The notes under the pieces: generated by a model | The model's database searches: none | Told to the model about the DNA's origin: nothing | What the model saw: the letters and a program-made list of their open reading frames with translations, nothing else | Assembly: GCA_964016885.1 (NCBI GenBank) | Contig: OZ024741.1 | Coordinates: forward strand, 371,256,001-371,320,000 | Source: Eledone cirrhosa | Taxonomy: Eukaryota | DNA length: 64,000 nt | Direction of reading: 5' to 3' | In this document: one piece after another, positions 39,923 through 52,167 of the stretch | How the letters are laid out: every line of letters starts with the position of its first letter | How positions within the stretch are numbered: position 1 is the first letter of the stretch | Translations under genes and position numbers: made by a program

Positions 39923-41106
39923 AAAGGAGTAGGCAGAAATTCAATTTTATGTCCCAAATGCAAAGTATGGGTACATAAAAGATGTAGTGGGATCACAGGT
40001 AAACTATCTAAGAACGAAGACTTTATATGTGGCCGATGCTCAGGTGCAATAGGTACCAAGTGTCCACAGGATACTAGCTCCTTCTATTGCCCAGATGGTT
40101 CTATAGAATAGAAATAGTAGACACTTTCCGTTACCTGGGTGACAAAATCACCAGTGGTGGAGGGTGTTCTAAAAGTACAGTAGCCAGAGTCAGAACAGGA
40201 TGGAAAAAGTTCAGAGAGCTTATACCACTGTTGGCCGCTAAAGGTTTCTCTCTAAAAATGAAAGGCAGATTGTATGATGCTTGTATACAAACACGAATGC
40301 TACATGGCAGTGAGACATGGGCATTACGTGCAGAGGACCTGCGCAGACTGGAAAGGAACGAAGCATGCATGTTCGGTTGGATGTGTAATATACATGAACG
40401 GCAAAGCATAAATGAACTAAGTGAGAAATTAGGAATAAGAGGGATCAGATGCTGTTTACTTAAGAGAAGACTACGTTGGTAAAGCCACGTGATGCGCATG
40501 AAAGACGACAGCTGTATAAAAAAGTGCAGGGCGATCAAAATTGATGGTAGTTATGGACTAGGTAGACCCAGAAAAACCTGGAAGATCTGATAAATTCTGA
40601 CCTTACACACTTGCACCTCTCTAAGACAATGTCACTGGACTGAGATCTTTGGCGCTATGCAGTAATACAGAAGACCCGCCTTGCCTATGTACAAAGCAAA
40701 ACCTACAGTCAGTAGACACCTCTTAACTAATTATACACCCCAATCCACTACCCCTACCCTATCCTCCCACTCCCACCAACACTACCCTCTCTCTGTAAAG
40801 TTGGTACCACAACATCCAGTCCAAATAAATGAGATAATGAGATCGAGATCATGTAGGTGTCACGAGAAAAAAACACAGTCCACGCTGTAATGTGGCCGTG
40901 TAGGTAACACGGTAAAAAATTCCCAGTTCCACACTGTAAATGTGGTTGGTGTTCGGAAGGGTATCCAGCCATAGAAAACCTGCCAGATAGTCCTATATGA
41001 GCGAGACACGGTCACCCGACCAACCTTGCCTCAAGTGGGACAACTCCCGTCTAACCCATGCTAGAGTGGAAAATGGACGTTAAACGAAGATGATGATGAT
41101 GATGAT
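39918..41106 (+). mobile_element. 5'-truncated RTE family-1 copy, moderately diverged
   Basis: RKGVGRNSILCPKC... with frameshift and stop; 3' UTR; (GAT)n; (TA)n flanks. Confidence 0.9.
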
Positions 41107-44014
41107 ATATATAATAAAGGAGTGAAGAATAACACACATTGGCTATACAGTAGGGTTTAAATACTTGGAATAAACCCTACTGTATAGCCAATCCGTGTTA
41201 TTCTTCACTCCTTTATTATTAATACTCCAGGAACTGCTTACCTAGGAACTGTCTGGAATCGGCCAGCCAACACCACAACTAAGTAAACATCTTGCTGAGT
41301 CAAACAACCCCAAATGTTAGAACTATCCTCAATACAGAGTACTCATAACTTCTACTTGGATTGCTTCAAACGATACCTCGTTAACTTAAATATATATATA
41401 TATTAACCAGGTTCATTTAACTTTTGTTGGAAGGGAGAAAAATACAAGAGACAAGTAATTTTTATTTTTGTACTCTTACTTTTCTTCTCGTGGCCCATTG
41501 CTGTGAGGCTAAGGAAACTAGATGACCTGATGACCCTTACTTTTTTGGCTCTCCATAAGTAAACAAACTCGTATAATGTATTATTGGCAACAATAGCATT
41601 TTATCTTCAATCCAAATCAGTATTTTTGTATATAGGAAATGTTTGTGGCTATTGTTAGCTCAAACAATTGCTAGTGAGCACAGCTTAAAATATTCACAGT
41701 GAGATGTATGTATGTTAATTATACATAAACGTATTGTATATGTTTCCATATACGATTCTATTCTGGATCTGGCCATGTTAGTACTATTACTAATATATTT
41801 GTATATATATATATGCATATATACTGTAATTTTATGAGCTCACTTTTCGTAGATCGTATATTCTTCACTCTAGTGGTTCTCTACCCTTTGTAACTGAAAA
41901 CATACCCCTTTTTGTGTTTTCTTCTCTATATACTGTATTATATATATATGCATATATATATATATATTAATTAAAGGTTAATTAGTCACTAATACCCAAA
42001 CATCTCAATGAAAGAACTCTCTCAGAGAAGCAATATCATATATTAAAATTAAATGAGAAAAAAACTCTCCCGGAGTATAAACAAGCCAGACGGAAAATAT
42101 TTTTCCTCTAACTTGTCTTATATATAGATCTCCCTACCATGGTTTCGTATGGGAAAAAAACCATCATTGGAATGGAATTGCCAATAATTCAAGAACTCCT
42201 ATAGTCTTCAGGCTTGTTTAAACTCCTGTAGTGTTTTCTCTCATATAATTTCATACAGCATGCTTCTCTTAGGCTTTTGCATCTCTACCATTATTCAACA
42301 CATGTCATCATTGTTTAAAACAGACAGTAAATATGCTTTGCTGAAAAGCTCTAATAAGATTAAACATGTCTGTTGCTTTCACTAAGTTAGCATAAACACA
42401 AAGTTTACTCTTATTAGATTGTCTAAAAAATGTTCCAAAAATCTGGATCAACTTAGACTACAGGAGTTCTCTCCTTTGCTTTGTTCTCACCAAACAGTTT
42501 CAATCTTGATATTGTAAGAGTAGTTTTGGTGGATTGATGTTTTTTCCAATTCGTCCATGATTTATATTGTTTTAACCTCCTCCTTATTCTTTTTCCACTT
42601 ACTCCACTTACTGGGAGGGTCATGGGAACAGAGTCCTCAAACACACCTTCTTGCTGGTCCTGTCATAAGCAACTATTTCCAACTATTCCATTAGATCCCC
42701 AAGCGAGACCAGCCGAGCTCATAGATGTTATCCAACCATCTTGCTTGGGGTATCTTTTCTACTTAGCTATTTGATGTTCCCTGCATAAAATAAGTTATCC
42801 CTAAATTACACACAAAGGTAAGGAATTGGCAGAGTCATTAAAACATTGGATGGAATGCTTTGTGGTATTTATTCTGACACTGTGCATTCTGAGTGCAAAT
42901 CTTGCCATGGTCAAATTTACCTTTCATCCTTTTAAGGTAGATAAAGATAATACCAGTCTAGTAATGGCTTCAGTCATTTCTATATATCTCTTTCTCATTT
43001 CCTCTCTATCGCTTTCACTCTCTCCTTCTCTGGAAGAAGACAACTGTGTTCAGACCTGGAGAGGGGAGGGACTCCACCAGGTGTAAAATGCCCATGACAT
43101 GCCATATGTCACTTTGACAGCCCTGCGTCTCTATCACGAGTTACAGGTCCATACGTACATACTAATTACACATAAAGTATGTTTGAACTAAATGCACCCA
43201 GAATGTAGAATAGTTGATACATTATCAAAAATCTCTTCAACTTTACACCCAATAATAAACTAGCACTAATAATATATAAAACACACATTAGAATTAAAAT
43301 ATCTCTTCATTACAAACTGCAAGCTTGCAAATTACTGAATATATTTGAGATGACTAATGTAATTTCAATCAATAGAACAGCCTGCTCAAGAAACTAATGT
43401 GCAAATGGCTGAGCATTCCACAGATATGTGTGCCTTTAATGTAGTTCTCAGGAAGATTCAGGTTGACTCTTTCAATTATAACTATGTTGACAGGAGCAAT
43501 GTTAAATAAAGTGTCTTGCTTAATGTGCTGCAGTGAATTGAACTCACAACCTTACAATCATGATCCAAACAGCAGGAGTACATAGTCAGGGTTATAGAGT
43601 TCTCATCTAAGTGATCCTGTTCCACCATACCATAAAGAGGTTAGCTATGTCACCAACAATGTTGATGCCAAAAGCTGCCTCCTCCTCTTAGGCATATGTT
43701 TTGCCATTGATTTTAAACGTATGTTCCTTAAGGGTTAGTCTTTTACTGGTCTCCACTGCATATGTAATCATTTTCTTTACTTGGTTGTGCTTTTCGGGGG
43801 TCTGTATGGCACTTGTCCACCTGCTCTATCATTCTACGTGAGTTTTCTTCACCGTTGTGGTAATGGTAGGTGGTCTGCCTCTTCCTGGCCTTGTAGGACA
43901 GAGGCTGCTAATGTCATGTGTATCTAAGTATTCCTTATCCTGCATAAGTCTCAGTTGGAGTTCTAACACATAGGTGTAGGAAAGAACAAAAGAGAGACAC
44001 AAAATAACAACAAA

Positions 44015-44065
44015 GATAGTCACTGAAGAGGTCACAGAATATGTGACGAAAGAGCTTTGACAATC
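44015..44065 (+). ncRNA. Minimal hammerhead ribozyme motif (sense strand of MTFMT intron)
   Basis: GAUaGUCA-CUGAAGA-G-GUCACA-gaaua-UGUGAC-GAAA-GAGC-UU-UGACaAUC. Confidence 0.78.
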
Positions 44066-44871
44066 AACAACTAAATAACCATCGAGTTATTAAACTAACC
44101 AACTAAGAGTCTATAATAAATAGAGGTGAAAACCAACAGGTGCTTGTGTTTTTATTGGCAGCATGACCCTGCCAAAGTATAAAAATATCTGTTTCAACAC
44201 ACATTTTCAGATAAAAAATCTTGCAAACAAATACAAAAACGAAGTATATCTACATATGTGTATGTATGTGTGTGTGTGTGTGTATAGATCATTTGTTATT
44301 AACAGTAACTGTTTACTTCGAAGTTTCGCCAAAGCTACTAGCTTTTCAAGAATAGTTTGTTTTGAAAAGCCATTAGCTTTGGTGAAACTGTCACTATATA
44401 TTTTAAACATATTTACTGTATAAACAACATATCAGTCCAACCCATAAAAGAAGCATTTGTTTACATGCATATATATGTATGCATGTAAATATACGTATAC
44501 ATATATGCATGTTTATATACATATATATACATGCATATGTATATATACATATATATACATGCATATGTATATATACGTATATATACATGCATATGTATCA
44601 TCATCATCATCTTTTTATGTCTGCTTTTCCCTGCTTGCAAGGGTGGGACGGGAACTGATTCTGGCTTGATTTCTACAGCTGGATGCCCTTCCTAACACCA
44701 ACCTCATTTACAGTGAGTGCTGGGTGCTTTTTTGCCGTGGCACCTCCACGACCACTTTGCAGTAGAATGATAGGGACCCAGTCCTATCATCTCATTTCTA
44801 CAGCTGAGTAAACTGGAGCAATGTGAAATAAAGTGTCTTGCGCAAGGAAACAACACATCACCCAGTCTGAG

Positions 44872-45578
44872 AATGTGTAATAGTAATATACGTGAATGGT
44901 AAAGCATAAACGAACTAAGGGAGAAATTAGGAATAAGAGGGATCAGATGTTGTTTACTCGAGAGAAGACTACGTTGGTATTGTCACGTGATGCGCATGAA
45001 AGACGACAGCTGTATAAAAAAGTGCAGGGCGATAAAAATAGACGGTAGCCACGGAGTAGGCAGATCCAGAAAAACCGGGGACGACTTGATAAATTCCGAC
45101 CTCACACACACCTCTCCAAGACAATGTCATTGGACCGAGATCTTTGGCGCTACACAGTAATAGAGAAGACCCGCCTTGCCTAAGTACAAAGCAAAACCTA
45201 CAGTCAGTAGGCACCTCTAACAAAATACACCCCCGTCCCACTAACCCTACCCCCCACCGCCATCTACACCACCCCTTTCGATGTAAAGCTATGTTGGTAC
45301 CACAACATCCAGTCCTAAATAAATGAGGTCGTGTAGGTGTCACGACAAAAACAATACACAGTCCACGCTGTAATGTGGCCGTGTAGGTAACACGGTAAAA
45401 ACCTCCCAGTCCACACTGTAAACGTGGTTGGTGTTAGGAAGGGCATCCAGCCGTAGAAAACCCGCCAGACAGTCCTGAGCAAGACAACCAATCTTGCCTG
45501 AAGTGGGACAATTCCCATCCAGACCCATGCTAGCGTGGAAAATGGATGTTAAACGATGATGATGATGATGATGATGAT
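44872..45578 (+). mobile_element. RTE family-1 3' fragment
   Basis: Sequence colinear with 7227-8042; (GAT)n tail. Confidence 0.88.
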
Positions 45579-46346
45579 ATACGTATATATACATATGCAT
45601 GTATATATATGTATATATACATATGCATGTATATATATGTATATATACATATGCATGTATATATACGTATATATACATATGCATGTATATATACATATAT
45701 ATACATATGCATGTATATATATGTATATATACATGCATATGTATATATACGTATATATACATGCATATGTATCATCATCATTTTCTTTTTACGTCCGCTT
45801 TTCCCAGCTTGCAAGGGTGGGACGGGAACTGATTCTGGCTTGATTTCTACAGCTGGATGCCCTTCCTAACACCAACCTCATTTACAGTGAGTGCTGGGTG
45901 CTTTTTTGCCGTGGCACCTCCACGACCACTTTGCAGTAGAATGATAGGGACTCCAGATCTCATTTCTACAGCTGAGTAAACTGGAGCAATGTGAAATAAA
46001 GTGTCTTGCTCAAGGAAATAACACATCACCTGGTCTGAGAATTGAACCTGGTGATGTGTTGTTTCCTTGAGCAAGACACTTTATTTCACATTGCTCCAGT
46101 ATATATACATATATATACGTATGCATGTATATATACGTATATATACATATGCATGTATTTATATGTATATATACATATGCATGTATATATACGTATATAT
46201 ACATATGCATGTATATATACGTATATATGCATATGCACGTATATATACATATATATGCATGTATGTTACACAGGACACTGTTGATACTCCTTGGTCACCA
46301 ATTGTTTAAATTACTGCTATAAATATTTACGTTCCTTCTAATTCCC

Positions 46347-46938
46347 CACTTTCATCCCTTATTCAAGCCACCCTATTGGTCATATCACTTTCATCCCTTA
46401 TTCAAGCCACCCTATTGGTCATATCACTTTCATCCCTTATTCAAGCCACCCTATTGGTCATATCACTTTCATCCCTTATTCAAGCCACCCTATTGGTCAT
46501 ATCACTTTCATCCCTTATTCAAGCCACCCTATTGGTCATATCACTTTCATCCCTTATTCAAGCCACCCTATTGGTCATATCACTTTCATCCCTTATTCAA
46601 GCCACCCTATTGGTCATATCACTTTCATCCCTTATTCAAGCCACCCTATTGGTCATATCACTTTCATCCCTTATTCAAGCCACCCTATTGGTCATATCAC
46701 TTTCATCCCTTATTCAAGCCACCCTATTGGTCATATCACTTTCATCCCTTATTCAAGCCACCCTATTGGTCATATCACTTTCATCCCTTATTCAAGCCAC
46801 CCTATTGGTCATATCACTTTCATCCCTTATTCAAGCCACCCTATTGGTCATATCACTTTCATCCCTTATTCAAGCCACCCTATTGGTCATATCACTTTCA
46901 TCCCTTATCCAAGCCACCCTATTGGTCATATCACTTTC
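46347..46938. repeat. 39-bp minisatellite, ~15.2 copies
   Basis: Unit cactttcatcccttattcaagccaccctattggtcatat, head-to-tail with no spacers; one variant seen in the last unit. Confidence 0.97.
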
Positions 46939-46959
46939 CTCTAACAATGGTCCTCTCTA

Positions 46960-47544
46960 TGTCTCTACATATATCTCTCCTCCACACTCTCTCTCTTTTC
47001 TCTCATATTTCTCTCTCTCCTTCTCTTCAGTCCTTCTCACTCCTCTCTTTCCTTCTCTTCTCTCTCATCTCTCTCCTTCTCTCTCTCTCCTCCTCTCTCT
47101 TATTCTCCTCTCTCTCCTTTTCCTTTCTCTCTTACTCTCCTCCACTTCCTCTCTCCTATCTCTCCTCCCCTCACTCATCTCTCTCCTCTTTCTCCTTCTC
47201 CCTCTCCTCTCTCTCTCCCCACTCTCCTCTCTCTCTCCCCACTCTTCTCTCTCTCTCTCTATATATATATATATCTATTTCTTTGTCTCATATAGAGTAC
47301 AACCTTGCTCCTTCTCTTTCTCCTCCCTCTCCTCCTCTCTCTCACTCTCCTCCTCTCTCTCTCTCTCTCCCCACTCTCTCCCACTCTGTATATATATCTA
47401 TATCTTTGTCTCATATAGAGTACAACCTTGCTCCTTCTCCCTCTCCTCTCTCTCTCTCTATATATATATATCTATATCTTTCTTTGTCTCATATAGAGTA
47501 CAACCTTGCTCCTTCTCCCTCTCCTCCTCCTCTTTCTCTCCCCA

Positions 47545-47575
<31 letters not shown>

Positions 47576-47733
47576 GTATATATATATATCTATATCTTTG
47601 TCTCATATAGAGTACAACCTTGCTCCTTCTCCCTCTCCTCCTCCTCTCTCTCTCCCCACTCTCCTCTCTCTCTCTCTCTCTGTATATATATATATATATA
47701 TCTTTCTTTGTCTCATATAGAGTACAACCTTGA
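46960..47733 (+). repeat. CT-rich tract with five copies of the terminal-exon splice acceptor
   Basis: tctttgtctcatatag|agtacaaccttg with AG ending at 47295, 47418, 47496, 47610, 47720. Confidence 0.92.
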
Positions 47734-48007
47734 TGTGTTACTGAAGGAGAAATTATCAGTAAATTCTTCTGATGATGTTTATGCTGGAACTGTGATATAT
47801 TACAAGAAGGCCAACTGTTTGATGGTTAAATGCCTCGATGGATGGGTGGCATTCCGGAAAATAATCAAAGGCAAAACAATGACAGCCCAGGAGTTTCAGA
47901 ATGGTTATCTTAGTAAAGTATCTGCATGCACGATTTGTAAATTTGACAGCCAAAAGAATTACCTGTATGATGATATTTTTAATAAAAAACGAACAATTCA
48001 AAGCTAG
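47721..48007 (+). CDS. MTFMT: MTFMT terminal coding exon
   Basis: tctcatatag|AG TAC...; (Q)YNLDVLLKEK...AGTVIYYKKANCLMVKCLDGWV...KTMTAQEFQNGYL...RTIQS* matches the MTFMT C-terminal G.VIY...V.C.DGW...TA..F.NGYL pattern; phase matches previous exon. Confidence 0.92.
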
Positions 48008-48917
48008 ATATAATTGCTTTAGATAATTCTTTCAGTACAACATGTCTGTGTGATTCAGAAGATCACTCTGTAACCATGTGGTTTCAGGTTCAATCCCATG
48101 GCGTGAAACCTTAGGAAAGTATTTTCTACTATAGCTTTGAGTTGACCTGTTTTGTGGGTGAATTTAAACTAAATATAATTGTTTCTACTTTTGGTACAAA
48201 ACCACCAATTACCCCAGTGTATTACTGGTACTTTATTTTATTCCCCCCCCCCCCGTAAGGATGAAAGGCAATGTTAACCCTGGCGAAATTTGAACTCAGA
48301 AAGTAAAGGGCCATAACTCTATGCTATAAAGTAGAAGCAATTATTATTATCATCACTTTGCGAGGGCGGTGGATTGGCAGTATCAGTAGAGAGTTGGACA
48401 CCATGCTTTGCAGCATAGAGTTACGGTCTGAGTTCAAATCCCGCCAAGGTTAACTTTGCCTTTCATCCTTACGGGGTCGATAAAATAAAGTACCAGTAAA
48501 GCACTGGGGTCGATTTAATCAACTCCCCCCTCCCCTTAAAAAATTGCAGGCCTTGTGCCTAAAGTAGAAACAATTATTATTATCATCACTTTCTCACTTA
48601 TGTTATCTTTATTGATTACCTTTAGGGGAGACAGCAAGCACAACTACATGCCAACAGTCTCTGTTTCCTATCAAGGTTTGTGGATCATCTTTGTCAATTC
48701 TAGTGTCTCTTTCTCTGGTATCCTGGTATCTAAGCTTTCTGGAAGAGATCTCCCACAAGAGGTCTGAAACCATCTCACCTTCTGCATGGAAGCAGTGACC
48801 AGCAATCCTTGTACAATGTTCAATCAGTCATGCACTTACTTTGGGGATTTTTCCATATATCTAATTAAGTGAAGGTTGTTATTATATATGCAAAAATATC
48901 TGTACACGAATATATAA

Positions 48918-49852
48918 TCTATATATATAAAACTGTGGTTGTCTGTCTGTCTATCGATTTTTGGCACACATCTCCTCTTAGAATCTCTCACGGAATTGCA
49001 CCGAAATTGCTATACTTGTACATTGAGCCCTAGCGAAGACATCGGAAAAAAAAAAATTTCAAATTGACCCACCCTATGTGACGAAATCGAATATAATGTA
49101 TCGATTTTTGAGCGTAAGTTATCAGTTATTTCCCTTTGTTCTGTTTACATTGAGCGTCTTACGTAAAAAATTACGCTGGCTTTAACAGTTGTCGAGCCAG
49201 CAAAATATTGACCTGCAAAATTCATCAGTTCGAACACTAAGCTTCCGTTTTGCTTCATTTCCATTTAAAAGCATTTTAAAACAATATTTTTACTTGAAAA
49301 CAAGTCTATTTAAAGACTACGTAAAACAAGCAAATATTTCGTCGTTAGGCGTGCAGACAGACAGTCGTGCAGAGAGGTGATATAGGCGTGCAGACAGACA
49401 GTCGTGCAGAGAGGTGATATAGGCGTGCAGACAGACAGTCGTGCAGAGAGGTGATATAGGCGTGCAGACAGACAGTCGTGCAGAGAGGTGATATAGGCGT
49501 GCAGACAGACAGTCGTGCAGAGAGGTGATATAGGCGTGCAGACAGACATAACTGATAATTTGGTTACGCTAATGTTTTTCTCTGCGTTGCAGTGTTTACA
49601 TTTTCGATCTTTGTTAATAAATAACCAGTGCAGTTTTTATCCCCAGCATCCTCTTTTGTTATAACATTCGGGTTATCGTTATATTTTCTTAACTTCATAA
49701 GGCATATTGTTGGTTGAGGGAATATTAATCAAAAACACCACATGCAAGTCTGCACAGTAGACACTACAGTTTTTAAGCCAAAAAGAAACTTAACATTGTA
49801 ACTTTAACACAGCTACTGAGCGACCCCGAGCAACGCCGGGCTTTACTGCTAG
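48918..49852 (+). mobile_element. Non-autonomous Helitron
   Basis: A|TCTATATATATAAAA 5' end; 3' CCCG-agcaacgc-CGGG hairpin then CTAG|T; inserted in A/T with no duplication. Confidence 0.88.
49346..49548. repeat. 37-bp minisatellite, ~5.5 copies, inside the Helitron
   Basis: Unit taggcgtgcagacagacagtcgtgcagagaggtgata. Confidence 0.95.
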
Positions 49853-49983
49853 TTATATATATATATTAAAATAACAGATTGAAGTTTAAGCAAAGGATCG
49901 CTGCTTTCACCCTTAACGGGATCTTCTGAAACTAAAATAATCAATCTGTGAGCGCAGAAGTAAATATTTCGAAAAACGTTACA

Positions 49984-50042
<59 letters not shown>

Positions 50043-50207
50043 CACACACTATATATACATATACACACACACACACAGATAGCGAAGTCAATGTTTTCAT
50101 AATGTCGTAATGCAGACAATCAGTCATACAGACAGATATTATAAGGGCGCGACGTTATATCTACGTATCTATCTAAAAAGACAGACTAAGAAAGAGAGAG
50201 AGAGATC

Positions 50208-50385
50208 ACTAACCGGCGCCTAATGTGGTCCCAAGGGCATTGAAAATATGAAATATCTTTTGCTCAAAACACTCACACGACCATAAGTATTACATGTGTA
50301 AAGTTTGGAAAAAATCGGTTGGGTTGTTCTCGAGTTTTAGTGGGACAGACAGACAGACATACATTCTCTGTTTTAGATATATAGA
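50208..50385 (-). mobile_element. Short Helitron-like fragment
   Basis: Minus strand A|TCTATATATCTAAAA...(tgtc)n start like the upstream Helitron; 3' end not canonical. Confidence 0.55.
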
Positions 50386-51039
50386 TAGTTACGTTGTGTT
50401 CAAATCCGCCGAACTTTGCTTTTCATCCTTATGAGGGGTCAATAAAGCAGCAGTAATGCACTGGCGTCAATTTAATCGACTTTCCCTCCCCCATAAAATT
50501 GTTGGCCTTGTGCCTAAATCAGAAACCGGATTGGCAGAATCGGTAGAGCGTCGGACCGTAGCGATATAGAGTTATGGCCCTTTACGTTCTGAGTTCAAAT
50601 CCCCTCAAGGTTAGCTTTGCCTTTCATCTTTACGGGGTCGATAAAATAAAGTACCAATAACACACTGGGGTCGATTTAATCAACTTGCCCCTCCCAAAAA
50701 ATGTTGGCCTTGTGCCTAAATCAGAAACCATTGTTATTTTTAATTTTGACTAAAGGCCAGCAATTTTGGAGCGAAAGGAAGTCTATTATATCGAACCTAG
50801 TGCTTGACTGGTACTTTATTTTAAAAGAAAAATTGACCTCTGTAGCGTTTGAAGTCAGGACGCTGAAGGCCGTAACAAAATACTGCAAGAAATTTCATCT
50901 GATGCACTAACGCGTCTGCCAATCCAAAGATAATGAGACTGGACAGGATACAAATACAGTAGGGAGATCACATGTGACTTGTACAAAATAAAATAACAGA
51001 ATCAACAATTTTGTGGGAAAGGAACGTCTTGATAGCAGG

Positions 51040-51684
51040 TGTGGAGGAGGGCTTCTTATTACGAAGTCGGTGGATGGTCTGTCAGAACACTTTATTTGCT
51101 GATCTGAAGTCGGATTCCAGCTTAACTCCAAAGTCCTGTTATGTTTTAACTTTGGACGTCTTTACTGTCTCTGCTGCGATTCTTCGTGCCTGCTTGTACC
51201 ATAAGTGCAAGAAGGAAGACTTATTTCCAAGTCAAGCTATGTAAGTCTCCTTCTTTGCTTGGATGGCATCTTTGACCTCTTGATTGAACCAAAGGGTCCT
51301 CCTGCCATCCGATGCCAGACTCCGCCAAGGGTGCGTATTGTCACATCTCCTGTTCATTATTTGGGGAGCCGGACGCCATGCTTTGCAGCATAGAGTTACG
51401 CCACTTTATAGCCTGAGTTCAAATCCCGCCGAGGTTAACTTTGCCTTTCATCCTTACGGGGTCGATAAAATAAAGTACCAGTAATGCATTGGGGTCAATT
51501 AATTCGACTATTCCTTCCCCTTAAAAAAATTGCTGGCCTTGTGCCTAAAGTAGAAACAATTATTTATTTAAACAGGATTGACATGCGCAGCCGGGTTGGA
51601 AGTGGTATGAAGTGGTATCATATCAGTCAACTGGAATTTGCAGACGACATGATGTTACTTAACTCAACAGAAAGTGATATTTGA
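51040..51684. mobile_element. Rearranged old Expander/Rex3-like RTE: minus-strand linker piece joined to plus-strand RT piece, split by a SINE
   Basis: Minus: WFNQEVKDAIQAKK...DFRSANKVF*QTIHRLR; plus: LRQGCVLSHLLFII then QLEFADDMMLL after SINE 51365-51565. Confidence 0.7.
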
Positions 51685-52134
51685 TTTAGACACAAGGCCC
51701 AACACTTTAAATCGATTAAATCGATCCCAGTGCGTTACTGATACTTTACGTTATCGACACAGTAAGGATGAAAGGTAAAGCTAACCTCGGCGGGATTTGA
51801 ACCCAGAACGCAAAGGGCCATAACTCTATACCACAGAGCGTGGTGCCTGACGCTCTACTGATTCTACCAATCCACCGCCCATAATAAAAAAAAAATAATA
51901 ATAACAAAAATAAGACGCAGAGTCAAATGTATTTCCTTATTTATTTTAAAGTCAAGCTGACATCCTGGAATTCTTTAAATTCTTTATTCTATTACAGTTA
52001 TAGCGTACTCCTTTCCATGCGACTCCCAGGGATTCAGCTCCCTCTTGTAAATCTTGTATTTAGAATTCAAAGAATAACAGGAAAACGTTATATATACATA
52101 CACACACAGACACACACACACACACATATAAATA

Positions 52135-52167
<33 letters not shown>

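Noticed and set aside
46347-46938. CRISPR-like 39-bp repeat array
   Set aside because: Units are contiguous with no unique spacers, no cas genes, eukaryotic intron
46376-47720. N-terminal ~448 aa of the 543-aa ORF
   Set aside because: Minisatellite and CT-repeat translation; only 47721-48007 matches MTFMT and follows a proper acceptor
49346-49548. CRISPR-like 37-bp repeat array
   Set aside because: Spacerless minisatellite inside a Helitron
49885-49935. Hammerhead-like string on minus strand (CAGAAGA..GAAA), also similar strings near 20815-20850 and 41830-41875
   Set aside because: Core deviates from CUGANGA and stems I/III do not pair convincingly
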